Below, one piece after another: positions 30,725 to 41,168 of a DNA stretch of 64,000 nucleotides. Source of the DNA: Candidatus Hermodarchaeota archaeon (GTDB taxonomy: Archaea > Asgardarchaeota > Hermodarchaeia > Hermodarchaeales > Hermodarchaeaceae); contig JAEOUH010000047.1 of assembly GCA_016839365.1 (NCBI GenBank), positions 14,542 through 78,541 of the forward strand, read 5' to 3'. The notes under the pieces are model-generated. The model ran no database searches. It saw only the letters and a list, made by a program, of their open reading frames with translations, and had not been told where the DNA came from. The position numbers and the translations under genes are program-made. Positions within the stretch are counted from its first letter, which is position 1. Every line of letters begins with the position of its first letter.

Positions 30725-31029
30725 TTCTTACTCGCCTCAGTTAGAGCAGAAATGTCTGCATCTCCTGGCTCTAATACAGCCATTGCAGCCACCATATGTG
30801 GGCGTCCACATATTTGGCCTAAATCCCAACTGTTACTTTGAAATTCATGAATCGGCACTCTGTTTGCTTTTGCGAGCATATCAACTTCGGTAATCACTTC
30901 ACTTGGCGCATTTGCTGCCAAGATGACTACACGAGGAGAGCCTGTTCGGAGTAAATGAAGTGTGCGATTAGCTCCGAACACAGTTTTTCCGGACTTCACA
31001 GCTAATCTTATTGCAGTTTCAGCATCCAT
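30721..31029 (-). CDS. rpl30e: 50S ribosomal protein eL30
   Basis: MDAETAIRLAVKSGKTVFGANRT... The track starts at TTG 31032; the ATG is at 31029. There is a 4-nt overlap with nusA. Confidence 0.9.
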   Translation of the reverse strand: MDAETAIRLAVKSGKTVFGANRTLHLLRTGSPRVVILAANAPSEVITEVDMLAKANRVPIHEFQSNSWDLGQICGRPHMVAAMAVLEPGDADISALTEASKK

Positions 31030-31190
31030 CAAGAATCACTCTTTAGTTTTCTTATTGCATGCATTACGTCTTGTAATGAAGCTTGCAACACACCGTCGCA
31101 TATAAGAGCTACGGAAGCGAATTGCGCGTTTGGCAGAATTTCTACGCTCCCTTTTAAGTTCTGTGCACACTCCGTTAAACTTCTAGCCAT
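31029..31190 (-). CDS. candidate small ORF (53 aa), translationally coupled to eL30
   Basis: Below the track cutoff. Hand translation gives MARSLTECAQNLKGSVEILPNAQFASVALICDGVLQASLQDVMHAIRKLKSDS. Its TGA overlaps the eL30 ATG (TGATG). A TATAAA lies about 29 nt upstream of its ATG. No family recognised. Confidence 0.3.
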   Translation of the reverse strand: MARSLTECAQNLKGSVEILPNAQFASVALICDGVLQASLQDVMHAIRKLKSDS

Positions 31191-31216
31191 TTACATAAAA
31201 TGACATCACAGAGGGG

Positions 31217-31222
31217 TTTATA
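31217..31222 (-). promoter_or_regulatory. TATA-box-like element for an internal promoter (small ORF, eL30, nusA, S12, S7)
   Basis: The minus strand reads TATAAA, centred about 29 nt upstream of ATG 31190, which is compatible with a leaderless transcript. Confidence 0.3.
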
Positions 31223-31236
31223 CACCCGCAATGGTG

Positions 31237-32451
<1,215 letters not shown>

Positions 32452-35100
32452 TCACTTCTCCTGGCTTAAAACGCGTTCAATGATTACATCAAGATTTACA
32501 GCCTTGCCATGATCGCTTCGAGCGGGGTCAACGCCATCTTCGCCATATTTGAATTGGATGATTTCTCCGTTTGAATTTCGTACAGTGCCATCGTATTCGA
32601 CTTTGATGTCTTGGAGCGCATTGATGAGTCGGCGTTGCATATACCCACTAGTGCTGGTTCGAACAGCAGTATCCACTAGACCTTCTCGACCTCCCATTGC
32701 ATGGAAGAAGAATTCGATGGGGTTCAATCCTTTTCGGTAACTGGCAACCACAAATCCTCGAGCTTGTGGAGACAAATCGCCTTGAACAAAGTGGGGGAGC
32801 GTTCGCCTCCGATACCCTCGGGAGATCCGTTGACCACGAACCGCTTGTTGTCCAACACTGGCAGCCATTTGTGCCAAGTTAAGTGGGTTACCTTTCGCAC
32901 CTGTGCCAGTCATTATTACCGCATGCTTATCAAGTCCAAGTTGTTGTGCCGCCACTTCGCCGGCTTCATCACGTGCACGAGCAAGAATCTCAATCATTTT
33001 CATTTCGAAGGTTTCCTCAATTGAACGACCTGGAAGCCGCTGAAGTTCATCTGCTTCATAGATTTGAACTAACTGACTCCCTTCTTCTTCTGCGTCCTTG
33101 AGAATCTGTTCAATTTGACGTATGGCAGTTGGTGTGAGAATGACATCATCAATTCCCATGCTAAAGCCCATGTTGGTGATGAGGACTACAAGCAGGGGAC
33201 AGATGGCGTCGAGAAATCGTCGAGCTGCAGAGTTTCCATAGTCCTTTGCGATTCTGTGTAGAACACTTTCAGGTTGTGCAGCTCCGATTGCCTTCTTATC
33301 AATTACACCGGTTAATAGCTGACCGTCGCGAATGAGCACGTAGGCATCATATGGGCATTTTTCTTTTTGGCACTTATCGCATTTTTGGCAAATTCGGGCT
33401 TTCAAAGATAGGTTCAGACCCTTTGGCAACAGCATGCTAAAGATTTGTTTCCCGGTCCACATGGGTTCAGGATCTTTGATGGTGGGTGGTGGAAGGTCTT
33501 CCCGGTAGCCAGCTGAAGCTAAAAGCTGGCAGGTTTGGCGTTTGTTGAATATCGAGCTCTTTCGCGTAAGTAAGAAAGCAGAAGATATGTAGTCTTGAAT
33601 CCCACCGATGATAGGGCCACCATAACGAGGGCTAAGAATCTGCTCTTGAACTAGCATTAGGATTCGAGCTTCAGCCCGAGCCTCTTCGCTTTGAGGAACA
33701 TGGAGGTTCATTTCGTCGCCATCGAAATCTGCGTTATAAGGCGGGCAGACAACAAGGTGAAGCCGAAATGTCCGGTATTCCATTACCTTCACTTCGTGGG
33801 CCATGATAGACATGCGGTGAAGTGACGGCTGTCGGTTGAAGAGAACAATATCCCCTGACCGAAGGTGTCTTTCAATCACGTAGCCTGGAGCCAATCCATC
33901 AGCGTTTGTCTTCCGATCTTTTACATAGCGTAGATCAATTCGTTTCCCATCAGGACGCACAACATAATTACATCCGGGATAACCCTGAGGACCCTCAAGG
34001 ACGAGTTCCCGCATATCTTCGATATTCCATTCGGTGACCCGCTCAGGAACTGTTAGGGTTTTGGCAATTTCTAAAGGAACACCCACTTCATTGATGGATA
34101 GGTTAGGATCAGGCGAAATTACTGTTCGGGCTGAGAAGTCGACACGTTTTCCGGAAAGATTGCTTCGGAATCGTCCTTCCTTTCCTTTTAATCGTTGAGC
34201 TAATGTTCGTAAGGCACGGCCTGATCGATGGCGCGCTGGTGGAATGCCGGAGACTTCATTGTTGAAATATGTGGTTATATGATATTGAAGCAGCTCCCAA
34301 AGGTCTTCCACAATCAGTTGTGGTGCGCCAGCTTCGATGTTTTCCCTGAGTCGTTGATTAATTCGGATGACATCCACAAGCTTGTGTGTAAGGTCATCTT
34401 CTGATTTTACACCAGATTCTAATGTGATGGACGGACGAACGGCTACTGGAGGTACAGGTTGGACAGTGAGAATCATCCATTCGGCCTTTGAGACACGGGT
34501 GTCGATGCCCATGAGGAAGGCATCTTCAGGGGTGATTCGTTCCAGTCGGTCGCGAACATCAGTAGGCGTTAGACGGACACTGCCTTCCATCTTCTCTTCG
34601 TAGAAGGTTGTTGGTTTTTCGAACTTAATCTTGTATTGTTCGGCCTCGCAGTGGGGGCAGGTGGTGGCTTTTCCAGCTTCTTTTAGGACTTCATCAGCGA
34701 TAACTTGGTCTAAATGACCGAATTTTTCAAAGTGCATATCAACTCGATTTTTGTATGTTTCTCGAGATTCCTCTTTCAGTTTTAATCGAGCACAGCGTCT
34801 ACAGAGTGCCTTGAGGAATTTCTTAATCTCCTTCGCGAAACTGACGTGCACGACGGGGCGAGCCAGTTCAATGTGGCCAAAGTGACCGGGACATTCGCCG
34901 ACTCGATTTCCACAGGATTTGCAGCGCTGACCAGGTTCAATTGTGCCTAGTTTGGGATCCATCAGTCCAGAGGATATGGGAAGACCATCTTCGTCGTAGG
35001 TGTCAGCTGTAATAACCTGTGTTACACTCATTTTACGAATTATCTCAGGGGAGAGAAGGCCGAACCAGACGCTTCCAATCTGTTTGAGTGGGTGTGACAT
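32452..35100 (-). CDS. rpoA1: DNA-directed RNA polymerase subunit A'
   Basis: 882 aa. Catalytic NADFDGDEMN motif and N-terminal zinc-binding cysteines. Confidence 0.95.
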   Translation of the reverse strand: MSHPLKQIGSVWFGLLSPEIIRKMSVTQVITADTYDEDGLPISSGLMDPKLGTIEPGQRCKSCGNRVGECPGHFGHIELARPVVHVSFAKEIKKFLKALCRRCARLKLKEESRETYKNRVDMHFEKFGHLDQVIADEVLKEAGKATTCPHCEAEQYKIKFEKPTTFYEEKMEGSVRLTPTDVRDRLERITPEDAFLMGIDTRVSKAEWMILTVQPVPPVAVRPSITLESGVKSEDDLTHKLVDVIRINQRLRENIEAGAPQLIVEDLWELLQYHITTYFNNEVSGIPPARHRSGRALRTLAQRLKGKEGRFRSNLSGKRVDFSARTVISPDPNLSINEVGVPLEIAKTLTVPERVTEWNIEDMRELVLEGPQGYPGCNYVVRPDGKRIDLRYVKDRKTNADGLAPGYVIERHLRSGDIVLFNRQPSLHRMSIMAHEVKVMEYRTFRLHLVVCPPYNADFDGDEMNLHVPQSEEARAEARILMLVQEQILSPRYGGPIIGGIQDYISSAFLLTRKSSIFNKRQTCQLLASAGYREDLPPPTIKDPEPMWTGKQIFSMLLPKGLNLSLKARICQKCDKCQKEKCPYDAYVLIRDGQLLTGVIDKKAIGAAQPESVLHRIAKDYGNSAARRFLDAICPLLVVLITNMGFSMGIDDVILTPTAIRQIEQILKDAEEEGSQLVQIYEADELQRLPGRSIEETFEMKMIEILARARDEAGEVAAQQLGLDKHAVIMTGTGAKGNPLNLAQMAASVGQQAVRGQRISRGYRRRTLPHFVQGDLSPQARGFVVASYRKGLNPIEFFFHAMGGREGLVDTAVRTSTSGYMQRRLINALQDIKVEYDGTVRNSNGEIIQFKYGEDGVDPARSDHGKAVNLDVIIERVLSQEK

Positions 35101-35115
35101 TGTTTTTTCCTCTTA

Positions 35116-38100
35116 TCATGTCCTGTCAGTTAATTTCAGTCGAGGCCATATGCCAAGTGATATGAGCTCTTGTATGACGAGTTTGAATGCATAGGACATT
35201 TCAACTCGACTAATTGTGGTTGTTTTAGGTGCACAGACACGGCATCGGAACCGATCACGATTTCGATCATATTCGGCCAGCATACCACATTCTTCGCAAA
35301 CCATCGCCGTGTATTTGTCAGATTCTTCTAATAATCGTTCGCGGAGTAGTAGTGCTGCTCCATGGCCAATTAAACAGTCTCGCTCCATTTCACCAAAGCG
35401 CAGTCCACCCTCTCGTGCTCGGCCTTCGGTGGGCTGGCGTGTTAGAATTTGCACTGGACCACGGGCACGGGCATGCATCTTATCTGCAACAAGATGGTGG
35501 AGTTTCTGATAGTAAACCACGCCGACGAATAGGTCAACGTCATATTTGTGGCCTGTTACCCCATTATACATCGTTTCTCGCCCGCTATATTTGAATCCAA
35601 GATTGTGGAGATCTTGGAACATTTGATCTAGCTTCTTTCCAGAGAATGGTGTGCCGTCGATTGGTTGTCCTTGTAAGCAGCCGATTTTACCGCCCATGGA
35701 TTCAAGGATTTGTCCAAGAGTCATCCGACTGGGGAAGGCATGAGCATTGACTACGAGGTCGGGTACGATGCCTGATTCGGTAAATGGCATGTCTTCTTGG
35801 GGGGCGAGGAGTCCAATGACACCTTTTTGTCCATGGCGGCTAGCAAATTTATCGCCTAATTCGGGTATGCGTTCATCCCTGACTTTTACTTTGACTAAGC
35901 GGTTCCCGTCAATCGTTTCTGTTATGAGCACTTTATCGATTGTGCCCTCTTCCCCATGACGAAGGCTGATTGATGTTTCACGGCGTTTGGGTCCAGGGAC
36001 TTCAAGTTCAGTATATTCTTCTAAGAACCGTGGAGGACTGGTTCGTCCGATGAGGATTTCATCGCCGGCAACTTGGAATTCAGGTTCGATGACACCATCT
36101 TCACTGAGCAGTCGATAGGCTTCTGATGCCCGATATCCACGCACTTCGCGGCTGGGAATTTCAAATTTGTCTTCTTGGCCACCCGGATACTTACGTTCCT
36201 CGGCGTCATAGCTTCGAAAGAAGGAAGATCGTGCAATACCCCGTTCAATAGAAGCTTTGTTGAGCACTAGGGCGTCTTCGATGTTGTAGCCTTGGAAGGA
36301 GTGGATGGCTACAATGAAGTTTTGCCCTGCAGGGCGTCGATGATACCCAATTACTTCCATTGGTCGAGTTGTGACAATGGGGCTTTGAACATAATGTAGA
36401 ATGTGACTACGGGTGTCCACTCGAAGACTAAAGTTCGCTGAATAGAGCCCGAGAGCTTGTTTAGCCATACCTGCTTCGTAGGTGTTGCGTGGGGATTGGT
36501 TGTGCTCAGCAAAGGGGACAAGACTTGCACATATGCCTAAAATCGTTTCAGGGACAATTTCGAGATGAGTGTGTTCTGGTGTTATATCCTCCAGATTCAT
36601 GGCGATAAGGGTGTTTTCTTCTTCTTCTGCATCAAGGTATTCGATTATCCCTGCTTTTACTAGGTCATCCCAAGAAATCTCACGATTCCGTACGCGCTCT
36701 ATATGTTGCTTTTCAAGAAGCGGAGAACCATCTTTGACGATGATAAGGGGACGACGAACGCGCCCCGCATCAGAGTTTATTTCCACCTCATTGGTATCGG
36801 GATAGAAAGCAACGTTCACCTGATCGCTGAGCTCGTTCCGTTGGCGGCGATCCCGAAGACGAGTAACTAATAACTCGGGTTGTGAATGGTTGCCAACAAA
36901 TCGGCCATTTAGATAAACGTAAGCGCCCTTCTTAGCCGTGTCCGCTTTAGCATCTATTGGCTGGACTTTAAGGGATAAGAGAGCTTCTTCCACTTCGGCT
37001 TCGTCAGAACCTACTGAAATATATGACATTAAGGCGAGGTTCTTTACAAGTCCACAGTTGGGACCTTCAGGGGTCTCATTTGGACAGATTTTGCCCCAAT
37101 GGGTGGGATGCAGGTCCCGGGCTTCGAAGTGTGGTTGGCTGCGACTGAGGGGCGATACTACGCGGCGAAGGTGGCTGATTGATGACATGTAGTTAACGCG
37201 ATCAAGTAGCTGACTCACTCCTGCCTTTCCACCAACCCAGTTCCCTGTGGCAAGGGCATGGCGTAGCCTTTCGGTAATCACGTCGGCTCTTACGGCGGTT
37301 TTGATATTGGGTTTGCGGCCTCGCGTGGCGGTACGTTCAAGCTGATATTTGATGTCGCGGCAAAGATTGAGGAATGCTACTCGAAACAGGCTAGTCAACA
37401 GGTCTCCGGCAAGTTTGAGCCGTTTATTCGCATAGTGGTCTTTGTCATCTTGATTTCGTTGATTGACACTAAGTTCAAGAAGGCGCTGGGTCATTTGACC
37501 CACATAATGGGCCTTACTCACTGCAGACCCTGTATCTGTTCCAACGTGAGGTAGCAGGTAGCGGTTGAGAACCTGTTCGGCTCGACGAAGGCGGTAATCC
37601 TTGGTTTGGCCAACAGCAACCCGTTTACCAATATAATCCAAGGCATTTTCACGAGTAGTTTGGGGGTCCTTCGGAGCCACTAATGATTCCGCCGCATGAA
37701 AACTAGGAATTAGTTCTTGCGCGATTGCTGGGTCATCAGTGATTGCTGAAACGATTTCGCGATCGGTTACCAGACCTAGGGCCCGCATCAGAACGACTAG
37801 GGGAATCTTCCCTGGTACTGATGGAAATGATACACGAAACGTATGATCAGCCCGTCGTTCCATGGTCACCGGCGCCCGAAATCCTCGGGCTGTTGAGAAC
37901 ACCTTAGCCATGTGTGTACACGAGCTGCTACTTGTCGCTTCCTCAATGAGGATACGGTTCGGGGCGAGATCTTCCTGTGTGACAAGCACACGCTCTGACC
38001 CGTTAATGATGAAATAGCCGCCAGGGTCGTTTGGATCTTCACCGGCTTCAACAAGTTCTTCCGGTGTCATCGCCGAAAGTCGGCAAAACGCAGATTTGAG

Positions 38101-38478
38101 CATAATTGGAAGCCGGCCTACATACACACTAATCGTTTCTTCATCATACTCCATCCCAGTCTTCTCATCCCGGTACACCGGAGTCATTTCTAAGTAAATG
38201 GGAGAGGAATAGGTGAGGTTGCGAATCCGCGCTTCCGCAGGCGCGATATTACGGACCGACCCATCAGCCTCACGTACGGAGGGATTTTGAATCTCAACAC
38301 GTCCAAGGCGCACATAATAGTTTGGAATATCGGGCTCTATCTTTCCAACATCACTAACAATCTGTTGAATGCGGCGCTCAACAAAGTGATTGTACGAGTC
38401 CAGGTGCTGCCTGACTAAACCCTTCGAAAGAAAGAAGGATTTCATAACTGCCCAACGGTCTTCAGTCGAAAGTGCCAT
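35116..38478 (-). CDS. rpoB: DNA-directed RNA polymerase subunit B (unsplit)
   Basis: 1120 aa. GDKFASRHGQKGV motif, C-terminal CEECG...CRVC zinc ribbon. GAGGGTGG Shine-Dalgarno-like sequence upstream of the ATG. Confidence 0.95.
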   Translation of the reverse strand: MALSTEDRWAVMKSFFLSKGLVRQHLDSYNHFVERRIQQIVSDVGKIEPDIPNYYVRLGRVEIQNPSVREADGSVRNIAPAEARIRNLTYSSPIYLEMTPVYRDEKTGMEYDEETISVYVGRLPIMLKSAFCRLSAMTPEELVEAGEDPNDPGGYFIINGSERVLVTQEDLAPNRILIEEATSSSSCTHMAKVFSTARGFRAPVTMERRADHTFRVSFPSVPGKIPLVVLMRALGLVTDREIVSAITDDPAIAQELIPSFHAAESLVAPKDPQTTRENALDYIGKRVAVGQTKDYRLRRAEQVLNRYLLPHVGTDTGSAVSKAHYVGQMTQRLLELSVNQRNQDDKDHYANKRLKLAGDLLTSLFRVAFLNLCRDIKYQLERTATRGRKPNIKTAVRADVITERLRHALATGNWVGGKAGVSQLLDRVNYMSSISHLRRVVSPLSRSQPHFEARDLHPTHWGKICPNETPEGPNCGLVKNLALMSYISVGSDEAEVEEALLSLKVQPIDAKADTAKKGAYVYLNGRFVGNHSQPELLVTRLRDRRQRNELSDQVNVAFYPDTNEVEINSDAGRVRRPLIIVKDGSPLLEKQHIERVRNREISWDDLVKAGIIEYLDAEEEENTLIAMNLEDITPEHTHLEIVPETILGICASLVPFAEHNQSPRNTYEAGMAKQALGLYSANFSLRVDTRSHILHYVQSPIVTTRPMEVIGYHRRPAGQNFIVAIHSFQGYNIEDALVLNKASIERGIARSSFFRSYDAEERKYPGGQEDKFEIPSREVRGYRASEAYRLLSEDGVIEPEFQVAGDEILIGRTSPPRFLEEYTELEVPGPKRRETSISLRHGEEGTIDKVLITETIDGNRLVKVKVRDERIPELGDKFASRHGQKGVIGLLAPQEDMPFTESGIVPDLVVNAHAFPSRMTLGQILESMGGKIGCLQGQPIDGTPFSGKKLDQMFQDLHNLGFKYSGRETMYNGVTGHKYDVDLFVGVVYYQKLHHLVADKMHARARGPVQILTRQPTEGRAREGGLRFGEMERDCLIGHGAALLLRERLLEESDKYTAMVCEECGMLAEYDRNRDRFRCRVCAPKTTTISRVEMSYAFKLVIQELISLGIWPRLKLTDRT

Positions 38479-38894
38479 AATCCACCCTCAGAGACGAATC
38501 TGCTCAACATGTGACAGGATTCTTACCCTCACCAGACGGCACCATGCTTCCATGAGCCCATATAGCTATAGTCCGCATGAGAAACGTAGAACCCTGTGTC
38601 TATGAAGCAGAACGGGAACATTGTCTCATCAGTAATTTTGCCCGGGCAGAAACATGCGGCGCCAAACCAGCCGTCGCTCCAGCGAAACAGACCGTCTGCG
38701 AAGTTACGCGGACAATGTACAAACGCCTTTTTAAGCTTTCGATTAAACGCTTAAAATACACAGAAAAAACCTACACTATCTGCCCCATCAACCACTGAAA
38801 AGGAAAAATTGCGCCCGTTTCATGGTTAGGGGTTTATATTTGAACAGCAGGACAGAATTTCTTCATAATTTGAGTTTTGCGAGAGGTTTGAGCA

Positions 38895-39434
38895 GTGCCA
38901 ACGAAGATTGTAATTGAATCGGAGAAAGAATGGTTCGGTTCGAGAGCCGCAGGTGTAATGCTTGACGAGAAGAACCGAGTCCTGCTATGTCAACTGAAAG
39001 GTGATGACCTCTGGGTTCTTCCCGGCGGAGGAATAGGCCTGCATGAAACCCTACACGAAACCATCGAGAGAGAACTCACCGAAGAAGCGAACTTCGAAAT
39101 CACGGTCCAACGACTACTTTGGGTAATCGAGAATTTTTTCATCTTTCATGCCAAGAAACACCACATCCTTGAATTCTACTTCCTCGTAACACCCAAAGAA
39201 CCAACCGGAATCTGGGAACAAGACGAATTCAAAGGACAAGAAGAGTTCCTTCCTACAGACAACTTCTGGCACCTCCCCACAGGAAAAACCCCATTACACT
39301 TCAAATGGTTCGACATCCCAAACCTTAACGAGATCAATTTCAAACCCGCCATCCTCATCGAACTCCTCAAAGACCTCCCACAACACCCCATGCACCTAGT
39401 ATGGGACACCTACGGAAGAAACACAGAAATCTAA
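38895..39434 (+). CDS. NUDIX hydrolase
   Basis: 179 aa, GTG start. Nudix box GGGIGLHETLHETIERELTEEANF. Confidence 0.85.
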   Translation: MPTKIVIESEKEWFGSRAAGVMLDEKNRVLLCQLKGDDLWVLPGGGIGLHETLHETIERELTEEANFEITVQRLLWVIENFFIFHAKKHHILEFYFLVTPKEPTGIWEQDEFKGQEEFLPTDNFWHLPTGKTPLHFKWFDIPNLNEINFKPAILIELLKDLPQHPMHLVWDTYGRNTEI

Positions 39435-39478
39435 CTCCCCTTTTCCCACCAAAGAGAAACCAACGAGAAGAGAAGAAG

Positions 39479-39587
39479 TGGCGCCCGTTCCGGGATTCGA
39501 ACCCGAGTCCTAGGAGATCCGCAGACCCATGAATCATCATTGATCGTTGACAGTCCCAGATGATAGACCTGGCTACACTAAACGGGC
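39479..39587 (-). tRNA. tRNA-Asp (anticodon GTC) with a 31-nt intron at 37/38 (39517..39547); CCA encoded
   Basis: Acceptor GCCCGTT/AACGGGC, D-arm GTGTAGCCAGGTCTATCAT typical of archaeal Asp. The loop reads CTGTCA|intron|C. The length bookkeeping (78 + 31 = 109) closes. Confidence 0.85.
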
Positions 39588-39658
39588 GCGGTGTTGTGTG
39601 GATTATTTGGGGAAATTTAAAGGTTACTCTGGTCGGAGTGGCTGGTTTGGGTGAGGGT

Positions 39659-39791
39659 TGGTCCCGGCGCCCGGATTTGAACCAGGAACCATCTGGTGTC
39701 TGCGTTGGTTGACACCCAGTCATTGCCATGATGGCTCGGGGTGCGGTGTATACCTACAGCCAGACGCTCTACCAGGTTGAGCTACGCCGGG
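39659..39791 (-). tRNA. tRNA-Tyr (anticodon GTA) with a 56-nt intron at 37/38 (39698..39753); CCA encoded
   Basis: C1:G72 pair (CCCGGCG/CGCCGGG) characteristic of archaeal/eukaryal tRNA-Tyr, D-arm GCTC-AACCTGGTA-GAGC, anticodon stem TCTGG/CCAGA. 77 + 56 = 133. Confidence 0.85.
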
Positions 39792-39832
39792 ATTGCGAAA
39801 AATAGGTTCGCGTGAGTCGCTTATAAGAGTTT

Positions 39833-40324
39833 TCAAAGGGTTTTGGTGAAAAGTTGGGTGAGAGTAGTGATGATTTCGTTGGCAGCGTCTTGGACGGGTT
39901 TAGAGAGGGGTTGAGTGAATTCGTCGGTGAGGGGTTGGATGCCGAGGATGAGGATAGTGGTAGCGATGTTGTTTTCGAGGTATTCGAGAAAGAAGGTGAG
40001 GGGGAGTTGGTGGGAGGAGAAGGCGATACCACCAATAGAGTCTTTATCAATGAGTTTAATGGTGCCAGCTTCAGCTTGCATGAGGGCAGCATCGATGAGG
40101 AGGATGAGATGGGGGTGGGAGTCGATGATATGACTGAGGAAGTTTTCAGGAACCGTGCTGGCATTGATGAGTTCCACATGGGGTGGATTGCGACCTTGGA
40201 GCTGGTCAATGATGTAGGGACCGATGCCATCGTCAGCTTTGAGGTCGTTTCCGATGCCGAGGATGGCGATTTTAGGTGCGTTGGTGAAGGCTTCTGTAAG
40301 ACGGTGTTGCCAGGATATCATCAA
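39833..40324 (-). CDS. hydrogenase maturation endopeptidase family protein (HycI/HybD/FrhD-like)
   Basis: 163 aa. ILGIGNDLKADDGIG motif and a later SSHQLP motif. No hydrogenase structural gene is present in the window. Confidence 0.7.
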   Translation of the reverse strand: MMISWQHRLTEAFTNAPKIAILGIGNDLKADDGIGPYIIDQLQGRNPPHVELINASTVPENFLSHIIDSHPHLILLIDAALMQAEAGTIKLIDKDSIGGIAFSSHQLPLTFFLEYLENNIATTILILGIQPLTDEFTQPLSKPVQDAANEIITTLTQLFTKTL

Positions 40325-40390
40325 GTCAGGAAAACGGGAAGAATGTTATATAGCTTCGCCTCTTGTCGCTTCAAATAGTGGTGCATAGGC

Positions 40391-40981
40391 ATGGTAGAGG
40401 AAAACGAACAGCATTCTTCAGAAGAGGAGCGCCTTCCGCTTCCTGATGAGCCTATTCCAGCGAGATTAACTCGGGGAAAAGTAGTGGTTGAAGGTGAGTA
40501 TGCGTCTGTGCTCTATGAGGCGGGGTATTATGGTACGATCAAGGGTGAGCAGAAATTAGAACTTGAGCCCGAAGAAGCGCTCTTATTGGCTCGGCGACAG
40601 CGTATAGCGGTGAGTCTGCCACAAAAGGAGGTGCTGGAATTTTCTTCGCTGCTGATGCGCTTATCAGAGGGGCAGCCGGGACTTTGGACTCGTTTTCTTG
40701 TATACAGTGATCTTCGAAGCCGAGGGTATGTAGTGCGGACGGGGTATGGGAAAGGATTGTTGTTCCGCGTATATCCAAGAGGAGCTAAGATCAATGAGGC
40801 AACTGCTCAGTATTTTGTTTGCGCGATTTCCGAGGGCTCTCCCTTGAAGGTGGAAGAGCTGGATGCGTTTAGCAAACAGGCGAAACGTAACCGGAAGAAG
40901 TTGATGCTTGCTGTGTTAGACCGGCAGGGGGAGACGACGTACTACCTTGTGTCTCCTGCTGATATTGTTGCGGAAAAATAG
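40391..40981 (+). CDS. endA: tRNA-splicing endonuclease family protein (EndA homolog; catalytic His apparently absent)
   Basis: 196 aa. FLVYSDLRSRGYVVRTGYGKGLLFRVY ... QYFVCAIS ... RKKLMLAVLDRQGETTYY aligns by eye to the EndA catalytic domain. The position of the conserved HS(K/E)(Y/W) histidine reads TAQY. Confidence 0.7.
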   Translation: MVEENEQHSSEEERLPLPDEPIPARLTRGKVVVEGEYASVLYEAGYYGTIKGEQKLELEPEEALLLARRQRIAVSLPQKEVLEFSSLLMRLSEGQPGLWTRFLVYSDLRSRGYVVRTGYGKGLLFRVYPRGAKINEATAQYFVCAISEGSPLKVEELDAFSKQAKRNRKKLMLAVLDRQGETTYYLVSPADIVAEK

Positions 40982-40997
40982 AGTAACTGTAGAAGAA

Positions 40998-41120
40998 TGG
41001 CGGGCCCGCCGGGAATTTCGACGTCAACGTTATCGATCGTATTCGAACCCGGGGTTACCAACTTAGGAGGCTGGCGCCTTCTCCGGGGAAGAAGAGCCTA
41101 TCCGGCTTGGCCACGGGCCC
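40998..41120 (-). tRNA. tRNA-Arg (anticodon CCT) with two introns: 20 nt at the 25/26 junction (41076..41095) and 27 nt at 59/60 (41015..41041); CCA encoded
   Basis: Acceptor GGGCCCG/CGGGCCC, anticodon arm CCAGC-CTCCTAA-GTTGG, T-stem CCGGG/CCCGG. The T-loop intron is a strict BHB: TTCG(AAT)ACG...CGT CGAA(ATT). 76 + 47 = 123. Confidence 0.75.
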
Positions 41121-41168
41121 AGGGAATACTAGTGTGCAAGGAAGTTGATGCTTTATGCATGTTTCGTT

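Noticed and set aside
35216-38054. Numerous 60-120 aa ORFs nested in or antisense to rpoB, rpoA1, rpoA2, EF-1alpha, glmS, thrC, rtcB and the thermosome gene
   Set aside because: All lie inside long, motif-supported genes in other frames. This is typical shadow-ORF behaviour, with no independent support.
38390-38798. Plus-strand ORFs 38390..38605 and 38577..38798 in the rpoB upstream region
   Set aside because: The first overlaps the rpoB N-terminus antisense. Neither has a recognisable motif, RBS or sensible composition. I treat the region as non-coding (see the rpoH finding).
39517-39547. ATGATGA (C-box-like) sequences inside the tRNA-Asp intron and the 80-nt intron (42116..42195), suggesting intron-encoded C/D box sRNAs as in tRNA-Trp of some Euryarchaeota
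   Set aside because: No matching CTGA D box at an appropriate distance in either intron (the nearest is CTGC). The Asp intron is too short for a C/D guide RNA. A third ATGATG occurrence, in tRNA-Pro, is simply D-arm exon sequence.
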